64,000 nt of DNA from Bacteroidota bacterium (GTDB lineage: Bacteria; Bacteroidota; Bacteroidia; AKYH767-A; OLB10), in the NCBI GenBank assembly GCA_947453935.1, contig CANGJU010000002.1, positions 754-64,753 of the forward strand. The letters are read 5' to 3'. This document shows positions 37,590 through 47,262 of this stretch, one piece after another. The notes beneath the pieces are model-generated. The model did not search any database and was not told the origin of the DNA. It saw nothing but the letters and a program-made list of their open reading frames with translations. Made by a program: the position numbers and the translations under genes. How positions within the stretch are numbered: position 1 is the stretch's first letter; every line of letters begins with the position of its first letter.

Positions 37590-38195
37590 TTAATTGAAAT
37601 TAGGAACTACCGGTTTGTTAGTGCCTGGATCAGCCTGAAAGAACGCTTTCTCCTGAAATCCGAAAAAGCCAGCAACTATATTTCGTGGAAATGTCTTTAT
37701 CGTTAAATTATAATCCTGCACCGACTCATTAAATGTCTTTCTTGCAAATGAAATTCTGTTTTCTGTCCCTGCCAGCTCATTCATCAATCCTTGAAAAGCT
37801 TCGGTAGTTTTTAGCTGAGGATAATTTTCAGCAACAGCTAACAAACGACTAATAGCACCACCAGCTTGATTTTGTGCAGCCTGAAATTTTGCTAATTGTT
37901 CAGGAGTAATATTACTAGGGTCTATTTTCATTGATGTTGCATTCGCTCTCGCTTCCATCACCTGCGTCAATGTTTCCTGTTCAAACTTAGCGGAACCTTT
38001 GATTGTTTCTACTAAACTTGGGATTAAATCTGCACGACGTTGATAGTTATTCTCTACCTGTGCCCAAGCTGTTTTAATAGCAAGATCTTTTGCTACCATT
38101 GCATTATAATTACCTGCAATAAATTGGTAAGCTGCAAAAATAATTAGTAAGAAAGCTGCGAAGATGATCAGCAATACTTTGTAAATAGGTTTCAT
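37590..38195 (-). CDS. lemA: LemA family protein
   Basis: 201 aa. N-terminal TM segment and the LemA core (WAQVENNYQRRADLIPSLV...AENYPQLK...NRISFARKTFNESVQDYN). Confidence 0.9.
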   Translation of the reverse strand: MKPIYKVLLIIFAAFLLIIFAAYQFIAGNYNAMVAKDLAIKTAWAQVENNYQRRADLIPSLVETIKGSAKFEQETLTQVMEARANATSMKIDPSNITPEQLAKFQAAQNQAGGAISRLLAVAENYPQLKTTEAFQGLMNELAGTENRISFARKTFNESVQDYNLTIKTFPRNIVAGFFGFQEKAFFQADPGTNKPVVPNFN

Positions 38196-38242
38196 AGTTG
38201 AATAGGTTTGATTGCGTTAACGAATGTAGTGTTAATTTATTT

Positions 38243-38905
38243 TCACATTATGAATCGAAGGTAATTTATTTTATAACCCTCGGCCATAAATTTCTTTTCG
38301 TAGGTGGTTTGTATACTTAAATTAAATCCTTCGGGCGTATCGGTGTATAAATCCTTTGTGCAGACTTCCATCTCGCCTTCTTCTGTCGTCAATACATCTA
38401 GCGTATATTCAAACAATCCGATGTTATCTGTTTTCAAATGTAGTTTACCACCTGGTTTCAATAACATGCGATAAAGATTCATGAATTTCTTGTTCGTCAA
38501 TCGTCGGTTCTCACGTGTTAACTGCGGCTGTGGATCAGGAAAGGTAATCCATATTTCACTTACCTCACCTTTCTCGAAAAATTGTGCAAGCCATTCGATG
38601 TGCACACGTAAAAAAGCAGCGTTTAAAATATTTTCTTCATTAGCAGTTTTAGCTCCTCTCCAGATTCTTGCTCCCTTGATATCGATGCCAATAAAATTTT
38701 TATCAGGATTATCTTGCGATAAAGCCACCGTATATTCTCCTCGACCGCAGCCTATTTCAAGCACAATCGGATTATCATTCTTGAATACATTTTTATTCCA
38801 GTTGCCTTTCATTCCGTGATCGGTATGCACCAACGGAAAAGGGAATTGATAAACACGCTCTAAACGGGTGAGCTCATCAAATCGTTGTAGTTTTTTCTTC
38901 GACAT
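38243..38905 (-). CDS. trmB: tRNA (guanine46-N7)-methyltransferase TrmB
   Basis: SAM motif LEIGCGRGEY, then FPDPQP. The start is trimmed to the ATG at 38905 (MSKKKLQRF...) rather than the track's TTG at 38947. Confidence 0.85.
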   Translation of the reverse strand: MSKKKLQRFDELTRLERVYQFPFPLVHTDHGMKGNWNKNVFKNDNPIVLEIGCGRGEYTVALSQDNPDKNFIGIDIKGARIWRGAKTANEENILNAAFLRVHIEWLAQFFEKGEVSEIWITFPDPQPQLTRENRRLTNKKFMNLYRMLLKPGGKLHLKTDNIGLFEYTLDVLTTEEGEMEVCTKDLYTDTPEGFNLSIQTTYEKKFMAEGYKINYLRFIM

Positions 38906-38976
38906 AATTTCAGCAAACGAAAATAAGCAACCCTGCGCATCATTCAAAATAGAATTGGTTCACTAACTTTGTTTTT

Positions 38977-40050
38977 ATGCAACAGCAAAAACGGGTTTTA
39001 TTTACAGTACTTGATTGGGGACTTGGACATGCTACGAGAAGCATTCCCGTGATAGAAGCTTTTTTGCAACATGGTTATGATGTACATCTTGCCGGTGAAG
39101 GCAACTCACTTTTATTGTTAAAAATTCGTTTCCCCAATTTATGTACGCATAACTTATACGGAATCCAAGTGAGCTTTTCTAATTCGTCTTTCGGTATAAT
39201 CATGATGATTCCTCAATTGTTAAAGTCCATTAAAAGAGAGCATCAACAGTTTCTTACTCTATGTAACGAAATAAAGCCTGACTTAATCATTAGCGATAAT
39301 CGTTATGGCGCATGGCATCCAACAATACAAAGTATTTTTATAGGACAACAGTTATATTTGCAAGCACCTAATCGTTTTACAAAATGGATTGAACCCATTC
39401 TATTTCATTTTCACTCGATATTTTTAAAACGATTTTCGAAAATCTGGATTCCAGATGCAGCAGGTGAAAATAATTTAAGTGGAATTTTAGCTCACCATCC
39501 TTCGATTGCTCAAAGTCTAAATTGTGATTTCATTGGACCTTTATCTCGTTTTAATATTTCAAATAATCATCCAACAGAAAATAATTACGAAGTAGTTGTG
39601 CTTATTTCAGGACCAGAACCACAGCGAAGTATTTTTCAAGAAGCCTGCTTAAATGAAGCAATGCGAATCAATAAAAAAACATTAATTCTATTAGGTCAGC
39701 CGAATAAAAACGAGCAAGTAACTAAAGGAAATATAACACTCGTTTCACATCTTTCGAAAAACGAACTCGCACCAATTATTCAAAGCGCAAAATACATTGT
39801 TTGCCGTTCGGGCTATTCAACTTTAATGGACTTAGCCAAACTGAACAAAACTGCATTGTGTATCCCTACTCCTGGACAAACAGAGCAATTATATCTAGCA
39901 AAGCATTTATCCAAACAACATAAAATTGTTTTTCAGGAACAACATAAAATGAACTGGGAGAAAGGATTTCAAAAGCTTTCAGATGTTGAGCAATTGTCAT
40001 TTTCGTCGGACGATTTGTTAAACCAGGCCATCACCAAGTTATCGTTTTAA
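38977..40050 (+). CDS. Glycosyltransferase (GT28/MurG-like fold)
   Basis: 357 aa. N-terminal LDWGLGHATRS and a C-terminal nucleotide-sugar-binding-like region (CRSGYSTLMDL...PTPGQTEQ). Confidence 0.6.
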   Translation: MQQQKRVLFTVLDWGLGHATRSIPVIEAFLQHGYDVHLAGEGNSLLLLKIRFPNLCTHNLYGIQVSFSNSSFGIIMMIPQLLKSIKREHQQFLTLCNEIKPDLIISDNRYGAWHPTIQSIFIGQQLYLQAPNRFTKWIEPILFHFHSIFLKRFSKIWIPDAAGENNLSGILAHHPSIAQSLNCDFIGPLSRFNISNNHPTENNYEVVVLISGPEPQRSIFQEACLNEAMRINKKTLILLGQPNKNEQVTKGNITLVSHLSKNELAPIIQSAKYIVCRSGYSTLMDLAKLNKTALCIPTPGQTEQLYLAKHLSKQHKIVFQEQHKMNWEKGFQKLSDVEQLSFSSDDLLNQAITKLSF

Positions 40051-40071
40051 TTTTTTCGCTACTATTGCAAT

Positions 40072-40240
40072 GCGTTAAGGTTCCCGCCTAAAAAACGGGA
40101 TTAATAGAGAATCCGGTGTAAATCCGGGACAGTCCCCGCTGCTGTAAACAGCTTTGGCATTAGCCATTGAATGCAACAACCACTGTGAAAACGGGAAGGT
40201 GCATGAACTGTAAGTCAGAAGACCTGCCTCAATGCCATAA
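40072..40240 (+). promoter_or_regulatory. Cobalamin (B12) riboswitch
   Basis: AATAGAGAATCCGGTGTAAATCCGGGACAGTCCCCGCTGCTGTAA matches the core. It is followed by the B12 box CCACTG...GGGAAGG...AGTCAGAAGACCTGCC. Confidence 0.85.
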
Positions 40241-40336
40241 CAACGAAACCTTCGGAGGAAAGGTATCCATTGTAAAGCGTATAACGGCTATGCCTTTACG
40301 CATCATGGATATTTTTCTCCATATAAATTTATATCT

Positions 40337-41404
40337 ATGAAAACAATCAATTCTATTATTGCAGTTTGTTTAACAGTTTTATTTTTTTCTTCATGTGATG
40401 ATACGCCTGAAACAACTCCATCAACTGTTCCGAGTAATTTAAAAGGTGTATTCATTTGTAATGAAGGAGCATTCGGACAAGGAAATGGAAGTATTTCATT
40501 TTTAAATTCTGATTCAGGAACATTCAATCTAGATCTTTATCAGGCAGCTAACAATCTTCCATTAGGTGATGTTGTACAGTCGATTGCGTTATACGATAAC
40601 CGTGCTTTTATTGCAGTAAACAACTCTCAAAAAATGGAAGTCGTTTCATTGCAAAATTTCAAACGTCTAGCAACCATTAATGGACTTTCATCACCCCGTT
40701 ACTTTGTAGGCAATGGAAGTAAAGGATATGTTTCGGATTGGATATCTAATAAAGTGTATGTTTTAAATTTGAATTCTTATCAAATAATTGATACAATTCC
40801 TACGGGAAGTGGCCCTGAAGAAATGGCAATTGTAAACAACAAATTATTTGTATGCAATAGCGGTGGATTTGGAGACGATAGCAGCATGACCGTTATCGAT
40901 ATTAATTCGAATTTTGTCCTAGCAACGATTAACACACCTGTAAATCCTTCTTCCATCAAACAAGATGTTAATGGTAAATTGTGGGTGCTTTGCAGAGGCA
41001 GTTTAGGTAGCGACTTTACACCTACTCCTGATGATGCAGCTGGTTCGCTGATTCAAATCAATCCAACAACTAATGCAATTGAACAACAATTTACGTTTGC
41101 TTATAACAATCATCCCATCAAATTACAAATCAATAAAACAAAAGATGAATTGTATTTCTTAGAAGGAGAATATGGTTATGCTGGAGAAATTAAAAAGTTA
41201 AGTATTAATACAACAACACAATCGCCTGCAACTGTGGTAGGCTCTTCGTTTTACGGTTTGGGAATTAATCCGAAGGATGATTTAATATACGCAAGTCGCG
41301 TTGATTTTTCTGCCAGAACTTATGTATTACGCTTTCAAGCAGACGGAACATTGATTGATTCTGTATTAGCAGGAATTGCTCCTAATGGATTTGCGTTTAA
41401 CTAA
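40337..41404 (+). CDS. Surface lipoprotein with YncE/YVTN-like beta-propeller repeats (candidate B12-capture protein, BtuG-like role)
   Basis: 355 aa with lipobox FFSSC. Repeated ~40-aa propeller-blade-like units. Directly downstream of the cobalamin riboswitch. Confidence 0.55.
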   Translation: MKTINSIIAVCLTVLFFSSCDDTPETTPSTVPSNLKGVFICNEGAFGQGNGSISFLNSDSGTFNLDLYQAANNLPLGDVVQSIALYDNRAFIAVNNSQKMEVVSLQNFKRLATINGLSSPRYFVGNGSKGYVSDWISNKVYVLNLNSYQIIDTIPTGSGPEEMAIVNNKLFVCNSGGFGDDSSMTVIDINSNFVLATINTPVNPSSIKQDVNGKLWVLCRGSLGSDFTPTPDDAAGSLIQINPTTNAIEQQFTFAYNNHPIKLQINKTKDELYFLEGEYGYAGEIKKLSINTTTQSPATVVGSSFYGLGINPKDDLIYASRVDFSARTYVLRFQADGTLIDSVLAGIAPNGFAFN

Positions 41405-41405
41405 A

Positions 41406-41957
41406 CTACTTGCTTAGTAATAAATCTGTACTTACAGCTGTGTTGCTGATATGATTTGCTCGGTCACGAATGTAAAACTGAAATCTTCCCTGCGTATTTA
41501 ATAAAATTAAAGCACTGATATAATCCATTCGATAAGTAACAGTCGCTTCAATCGATTTACTATTTCCCGGAGGTTCGATGTATTGCATGCGCTGATTAAA
41601 TTTCACTTGTACGCTATCGAAATAAATATTGGTATCGCAGTTTGTCGTGATATCTGTTACCTGCGTCCATATTTTCTTTGGACGATAGACCGTTCCATTT
41701 TTCTCTTCGTATGCAATGTAAAGGTTGCTATTATCAGCACCACAAGAAGTATTAAATTCATTCTCTAAAAATCCGATGTCACCATCACCATCTTTAATGG
41801 TAAAAATAAAATCGACTGCTGTATCAACACCAGCAGCATCGGAATATTTAATAAAATTATCAAATGTCACTTCGGGCGTGGTAGAAAATGTCTGATCTTT
41901 TTTACAAGAAGAAATCATCGCAAAAATCACCAACGCCGATAGAAAATATTTTGTCAT
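41406..41957 (-). CDS. Hypothetical lipoprotein
   Basis: 183 aa with lipobox MISSC. No recognisable domain. Confidence 0.5.
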   Translation of the reverse strand: MTKYFLSALVIFAMISSCKKDQTFSTTPEVTFDNFIKYSDAAGVDTAVDFIFTIKDGDGDIGFLENEFNTSCGADNSNLYIAYEEKNGTVYRPKKIWTQVTDITTNCDTNIYFDSVQVKFNQRMQYIEPPGNSKSIEATVTYRMDYISALILLNTQGRFQFYIRDRANHISNTAVSTDLLLSK

Positions 41958-41985
41958 ACTGCTAAATTACGAATTTGATTTTATA

Positions 41986-43218
41986 CTAAACAGGTTTATA
42001 AATTAATGCAGATCGTTCTTTATTGCCTAATAAATCTTTTGCTGCCGACTGAATGTCTTTAGCTGTAACGCTTTTTACTTTCGCTCTAATTTCATCAACA
42101 GTAATCACAGAACCAAAATTCAAAAATGCCTTCGAGCGGGAAAGTAAAACGCTTAATCTGTTTTCCTGGGCCATCATAATCTGACCTAACAATTGCTCAC
42201 GATATTGCAAAAATAATTTATCGCCAAGTGGCTTATCGCATAGCTTATCCAGCTCTTGATTCGCCAGTTTTAATGTTTTATTAAAATGCTTTTGATCTGT
42301 AGCAAAATACAAGAAGAAAATTCCTGTATCGCTATAGGTGTGGTAACCCGATTCAATCGTATAGGTAAATCCGTACTTCTCACGCACATTCAGATTCAAA
42401 CGGGAATTCATTCCTGGTCCGCCTAATAAATTATTTAACAAAACCAATGTATAACGCCTTGGATCATTCAATGCATAACCAGGAATTCCGCTAATATAAT
42501 GTACCTGAGAAATTGATTTAGAAATTTCTACTTCAGATGATTTATAGTTTTTATATTTTGTTCGAACAGGAACTTTATTGCTCGATTTTTTTGTTCCGAA
42601 AAATTCTTCCGCTAATGCTATCGCTTTTTCTAATCCGATAGAACCACTCACAGAGAATACCGTAACGGAAGGATGATAATTACGCTTGATAAAGTCGACA
42701 ATATTTTTACGCTTGAAAGAGCGAAGTGATTTTTCTGTACCTAATATCGGATGTCCTAGTGTATGTCCTTTAAAAACCTGCCCTTCAAAATCATCAAAAA
42801 TCTGTTCGTAAGGAGTATCCTGATAGGAATGAATTTCATCAATGATCACATCCTTTTCTTTCTCAATTTCTTTTTCAGGAAAAATAGAATTATGAAAAAT
42901 ATCGGCAATTAATTCAACGGCTCTTGGTAAATACTGATTCATCACAGAAGCATGCAAACAAGTCTCTTCCTTAGTTGTGTAAGCATTCAAATCGCCTCCT
43001 ATAACTTCTAAGCGATTTAAAATATGATACGACTTACGATTCTTAGTTCCTTTAAATAAACAATGTTCGATGTAATGCGCAAGTCCTTCTTCGTTCTTAC
43101 CTTCGTCACGTGTACCTGCTTTCACCATTACCGCCACATGCGATACTACAGCAGTGGGATGATGCTCGTATAAAACTTTAAGTCCGTTTTTAAGAATAAC
43201 CGTTTCACTGTTAACCAT
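41986..43218 (-). CDS. M16 (pitrilysin/insulinase) family zinc peptidase
   Basis: Inverted zinc motif HYIEH (HxxEH). ATG at 43218 is preferred to the TTG at 43224. Confidence 0.85.
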   Translation of the reverse strand: MVNSETVILKNGLKVLYEHHPTAVVSHVAVMVKAGTRDEGKNEEGLAHYIEHCLFKGTKNRKSYHILNRLEVIGGDLNAYTTKEETCLHASVMNQYLPRAVELIADIFHNSIFPEKEIEKEKDVIIDEIHSYQDTPYEQIFDDFEGQVFKGHTLGHPILGTEKSLRSFKRKNIVDFIKRNYHPSVTVFSVSGSIGLEKAIALAEEFFGTKKSSNKVPVRTKYKNYKSSEVEISKSISQVHYISGIPGYALNDPRRYTLVLLNNLLGGPGMNSRLNLNVREKYGFTYTIESGYHTYSDTGIFFLYFATDQKHFNKTLKLANQELDKLCDKPLGDKLFLQYREQLLGQIMMAQENRLSVLLSRSKAFLNFGSVITVDEIRAKVKSVTAKDIQSAAKDLLGNKERSALIYKPV

Positions 43219-43334
43219 GCACAAACTTACTTAACTGTTAGGAATATTCAATCAATTTTGAAAATACTTGCCACCTAATTTTACCTTTGCATGAACAAAA
43301 CACCTATTGCATTGTTTAAGTGCTTTAAATATCT

Positions 43335-45710
43335 ATGAAAAAACTAATTCTCCTCTTCGCTCTTCTATTTTCGATTACCTACACCAATGCCCAAAATTGT
43401 ATTGTTTCAGGCACAATTACCAATATCATTAACAATGAACCACTACCCTTTGCGGTGGTAGTTGTCAAAAACGGAACGTCTGTTTCAAGTACAACGTCTG
43501 ATACACTTGGGAATTACTTTTTAAATATTGAAAAACCCGGAACCTACAATATCGAAGTTATGCTTACGGGTTTTGTAAAAGGATCTGCATTTGAAGTCGT
43601 GCTTCAACCCAACAAGCGAGCTATAATCAATATTGCTTTAGAAGAAGATGTAAAGAAATTAAGTGAAGTAGTTATTACGACTGCTGTTTATCCGAAAAAA
43701 GAAGAGAGTCCTGTTTCCTTAAGAACATTAGGTGTTGCAGAGATTAAACGTAATCCTGGAGGAAACAGAGATATTTCTAAAGTGATTCAATCGTTACCGG
43801 GTGTTGCATCGATTCCTACTTTTCGTAACGACCTCATCGTTAGAGGAGGTTCATCCAACGAAAATCGTTTTTACCTAGATGGAATTGAGATACCAAACAT
43901 CAATCACTTTGCTACGCAAGGGGCATCAGGCGGACCTGTTGGAATGTTGAATGTGGATTTTATTCAGGATGTGAATTTTTATTCTGGGGCATTTCCTGCT
44001 AATAGAGGAAACACTTTGAGTTCGGTTTTGGATTTTAAATTTAAAGATGGAAGAAACGACAAACCGTTCTACTCACTTACATTAGGCGCGAGCGATTTAG
44101 CGGCAGTTTATGATGGACCAGTTTCTAAGAATTCTACATTGATTGCTTCTTATCGTCGTTCGTATTTGCAGGTTTTGTTTAGCGCATTAGGCTTGCCGTT
44201 CTTACCAATTTACAACGACTTTCAATTCAAATACAAGATTAAGCCAGATAATAAAAATGAATTCACTTTTATTGGCTTAGGTGCTTTTGATAATTTCAAA
44301 TTGAATTTAGACGCAAACGAAACGGATGAACAAAAATATTTATTGGGCACATTGCCATCAAGCCAACAGTGGAATTACACCATTGGTGGATCTTACAGAC
44401 ACTTTTCAAAGAATCGTTTCATTACACTTGTTATCAGCAGAAATCACTTAGAAAATTCGAGTAATAAGTATAAGAATAATGATTTGACAAATCCATCAGG
44501 CAAAATATTAGATTATCAATCGGCGGAAATTGAAAATAAATTAAGATTAGAAGAAACAGTTCGTATTAGCGATTGGAAAATTAATTACGGAGTTGGTTTA
44601 GAAGATGCGAATTATTCTAACAGCACTTACAACAAACTTCCCAATGATATCACGTTGAATTTTAATTCTAACATTAATTTTCAAAAGTATAGTGGCTTCG
44701 GACAAATAAGCAGAACATATTCTAAGACGAATACAACAATATCATTTGGAGCAAGAATAGATGGAAACAATTATGGATCGAAAATGAAAAATCCATTGGA
44801 TCAATTTTCACCTCGATTATCTGTAAGTCAGCAATTGTATAAAGCGCTTTACTTTAATGCAAGTGCAGGTGTGTTTTATCAGTTACCAGCCTATACTATT
44901 TTAGGATATAAAAATAACGCTGGCCAATTTACAAATACAAACATACCTTACATTATGAACCAGCAAGCAGTGGCAGGACTTGAATATGTAAGTGAGAAAA
45001 ACATTCGCGTGACCTTAGAAGGCTACTATAAAATTTACGAGAATTATCCTTTTAATCTAATAGACTCTATCAGCATTGCTAATTTGGGTGGCGATTTTGG
45101 TGTGGTTGGAAATGTCCCAGTTAATGAGAATTCAAAAGGACGTGCTTATGGTGTTGAATTATTAGTGCAGCAAAAGCTATACAAGAACTTTTACGCATTG
45201 CTTGCCTATACTTTTGGCAAGAGTGAATTTACTAATGGAGATGATAAATATGTTGCTTCTGGTTCCGACTATCGTCATACACTAAGTTTAACAGCTGGAA
45301 AGATCTTCAATAAAAACTGGGAAGCGGGATTGAAATTCAGAATGAGTTCAGGCGCTCCATACACTCCTAACGATTATGCCGCGAGTGCATTAATTTCAAA
45401 CTGGAATGTAACGGGACAGGCTATCCGCGATTATTCATTATTGAATACAGGAAGAACAAATACTTTTACGCAATTAGATATTCGCGTCGATAAAAAGTAC
45501 TTCTTTAAAAAATCGGCATTGAATTTTTATCTGGATATTCAGAATTTCTTAAATCAGAAAACCTATTTCAACCCGTACTTAACGACAGTGCTTGATGCAA
45601 ACGGATTGCCTGAAATAGACCCCGACAAACCAGACTCTTACAAGTTGAAAGAATTGGAAAACTCTTCTGGAACAGTGGTGCCTACGTTAGGAGTGATATT
45701 TGAGTTTTAG
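43335..45710 (+). CDS. TonB-dependent receptor with CarboxypepD_reg-like N-domain
   Basis: 791 aa with a signal peptide and plug (NRFYLDGIEIPNINHFATQGASGGP). The barrel ends in ...GVIFEF. Confidence 0.85.
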   Translation: MKKLILLFALLFSITYTNAQNCIVSGTITNIINNEPLPFAVVVVKNGTSVSSTTSDTLGNYFLNIEKPGTYNIEVMLTGFVKGSAFEVVLQPNKRAIINIALEEDVKKLSEVVITTAVYPKKEESPVSLRTLGVAEIKRNPGGNRDISKVIQSLPGVASIPTFRNDLIVRGGSSNENRFYLDGIEIPNINHFATQGASGGPVGMLNVDFIQDVNFYSGAFPANRGNTLSSVLDFKFKDGRNDKPFYSLTLGASDLAAVYDGPVSKNSTLIASYRRSYLQVLFSALGLPFLPIYNDFQFKYKIKPDNKNEFTFIGLGAFDNFKLNLDANETDEQKYLLGTLPSSQQWNYTIGGSYRHFSKNRFITLVISRNHLENSSNKYKNNDLTNPSGKILDYQSAEIENKLRLEETVRISDWKINYGVGLEDANYSNSTYNKLPNDITLNFNSNINFQKYSGFGQISRTYSKTNTTISFGARIDGNNYGSKMKNPLDQFSPRLSVSQQLYKALYFNASAGVFYQLPAYTILGYKNNAGQFTNTNIPYIMNQQAVAGLEYVSEKNIRVTLEGYYKIYENYPFNLIDSISIANLGGDFGVVGNVPVNENSKGRAYGVELLVQQKLYKNFYALLAYTFGKSEFTNGDDKYVASGSDYRHTLSLTAGKIFNKNWEAGLKFRMSSGAPYTPNDYAASALISNWNVTGQAIRDYSLLNTGRTNTFTQLDIRVDKKYFFKKSALNFYLDIQNFLNQKTYFNPYLTTVLDANGLPEIDPDKPDSYKLKELENSSGTVVPTLGVIFEF

Positions 45711-45717
45711 AAGACTC

Positions 45718-46299
45718 TTAATTTAATACAACCCTCTTACTAATTACCCCATCTTCTTTAGTAAGCATGATTAAATAAACACCAGAAGGAATGTTAATTG
45801 TTTGCATTGATAAAGCATTCCTACCCTGATTTAACACACCTTCAAAAACAGTTTCGATTAATTGTCCATTTATATCACACAAAGTAATTTTAACTTTCTG
45901 TGATTTATTATTGATGATTTCTAACTGCGGATTTTGTGATTGAATAACATTCATACTAAATCCATCAGCATTATTATTTTGAATTCCAGTTGCAACAATT
46001 ACAACAGTATCGTTTTTATTCGACAAAGATGCACTGCAACTATTAGGTCCACCATAAACCGACAAGGCCGAGATGTATTGTCCGGGTGCACTATAATTAA
46101 CAACAGGATTCTGCTGACTGGATGTTAGAGGAGAACCACCATTAAAAAACCAACTCCATCCACTTGGATTAGATGCACAAGAACCATAATACTGAACCTG
46201 ATTACCATTAATAATGTGAGTAATAACTACTGGACAGATTTGCGCTTGACTTAATGATGTTGTAAGGATTAATCCAAGAATGATAAATAGTTTTTTCAT
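45718..46299 (-). CDS. Secreted protein with T9SS type A C-terminal sorting domain
   Basis: Start trimmed to MKKLFIILGL... (signal peptide). The C-terminus (ITLCDINGQLIE...GVYLIMLTKEDGVISKRVVLN) matches the CTD pattern. Confidence 0.7.
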   Translation of the reverse strand: MKKLFIILGLILTTSLSQAQICPVVITHIINGNQVQYYGSCASNPSGWSWFFNGGSPLTSSQQNPVVNYSAPGQYISALSVYGGPNSCSASLSNKNDTVVIVATGIQNNNADGFSMNVIQSQNPQLEIINNKSQKVKITLCDINGQLIETVFEGVLNQGRNALSMQTINIPSGVYLIMLTKEDGVISKRVVLN

Positions 46300-46415
46300 G
46301 GGAGTGATTTTAAATCTTTTAGTTTGCGAATGTGGCAATTATATGACAAGTTATTTCAAAACTACAATAAAAAAATTAGTAATACAATCAGATTTTTTAT
46401 ACATTTGTTTAGCCC

Positions 46416-46610
46416 ATGAAATTCCACGATAAATATCCTATTCTCAAACAAAAAGAATTTTTAGCTCAAATGCTTACAAATAGTGTATTCACTACAATGT
46501 CGCTGGAAAATCAGCAAGTAGAATTATCGAAAGTAAATGAGATTGTGCAAGGCCTATTAAAAGAAAAAGAATCAAAAGGCAATCAGTTCTTTTCTAATCA
46601 AATCAGCTAA
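46416..46610 (+). CDS. 64-aa ORF carrying a Fic-inhibitory-type motif (possible VbhA-like antitoxin, or an N-terminal Fic gene remnant)
   Basis: TMSLEN (46494..46511) fits [ST]xxxE[GN]. The 3' end overlaps the convergent fic gene by 39 nt. Confidence 0.4.
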   Translation: MKFHDKYPILKQKEFLAQMLTNSVFTTMSLENQQVELSKVNEIVQGLLKEKESKGNQFFSNQIS

Positions 46611-47153
46611 AGGCTTTTCGTTTCCTTTATCGGCTTCTTTCATGGCATTGATATAAATCTTTCTTGCATCTCCTTCTCGGTGATATAAATCTATAGGCTG
46701 ATATCCTAATTGCATTGCTACCAAATTCATTAAAATTCGTCCAGTTCTTCCATTGCCATTATTAAAAGGATGAATCCTTACAAATTCATAATGACTATAA
46801 ATCAAACAATCTACCACAGAAGGTTCATCTGCGCAATTTTCGATTTTATAATTCAAATGATCTAAAAATTGATACATCAATTGTAAAACCATGTTTGGTG
46901 CAGGAGGTAATAATTGACCAACAACAACATCAGACAATCTCCAACTACCTGCCCAATCATATAATTCTTCAAAAGCAATTCGATGGATTTCTAAAATCAG
47001 CTGCGTTGTGATTTTTATTTCACTATCGAGCTCAAAAACATAAAGCTCTGCTAGTGCAATACCCTTTGCTTCGATTTGATTTATTTGATCAAAATCGGAA
47101 ATATTTAATTTATTTCCTTCTGGCGAAGGAGTCCAATTGGTATTGCCTGTCAT
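46572..47153 (-). CDS. fic: Fic family protein (AMPylase-type toxin domain)
   Basis: 193 aa with the canonical Fic motif HPFNNGNGRTGR. Confidence 0.85.
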   Translation of the reverse strand: MTGNTNWTPSPEGNKLNISDFDQINQIEAKGIALAELYVFELDSEIKITTQLILEIHRIAFEELYDWAGSWRLSDVVVGQLLPPAPNMVLQLMYQFLDHLNYKIENCADEPSVVDCLIYSHYEFVRIHPFNNGNGRTGRILMNLVAMQLGYQPIDLYHREGDARKIYINAMKEADKGNEKPLADLIRKELIAF

Positions 47154-47262
47154 TAATCAAATTTATCAATTTTAATTAATAAAGCACACATGTTTTATAT
47201 CAAAAATAATTCGACTCAAAAATCTTATATCTAGCCTCATAATTATCAAACTTATTAAAGCA

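Noticed and set aside
38481-38819. 112-aa plus-strand ORF inside trmB
   Set aside because: It is antisense to TrmB, which carries SAM-binding motifs. There are no motifs of its own.
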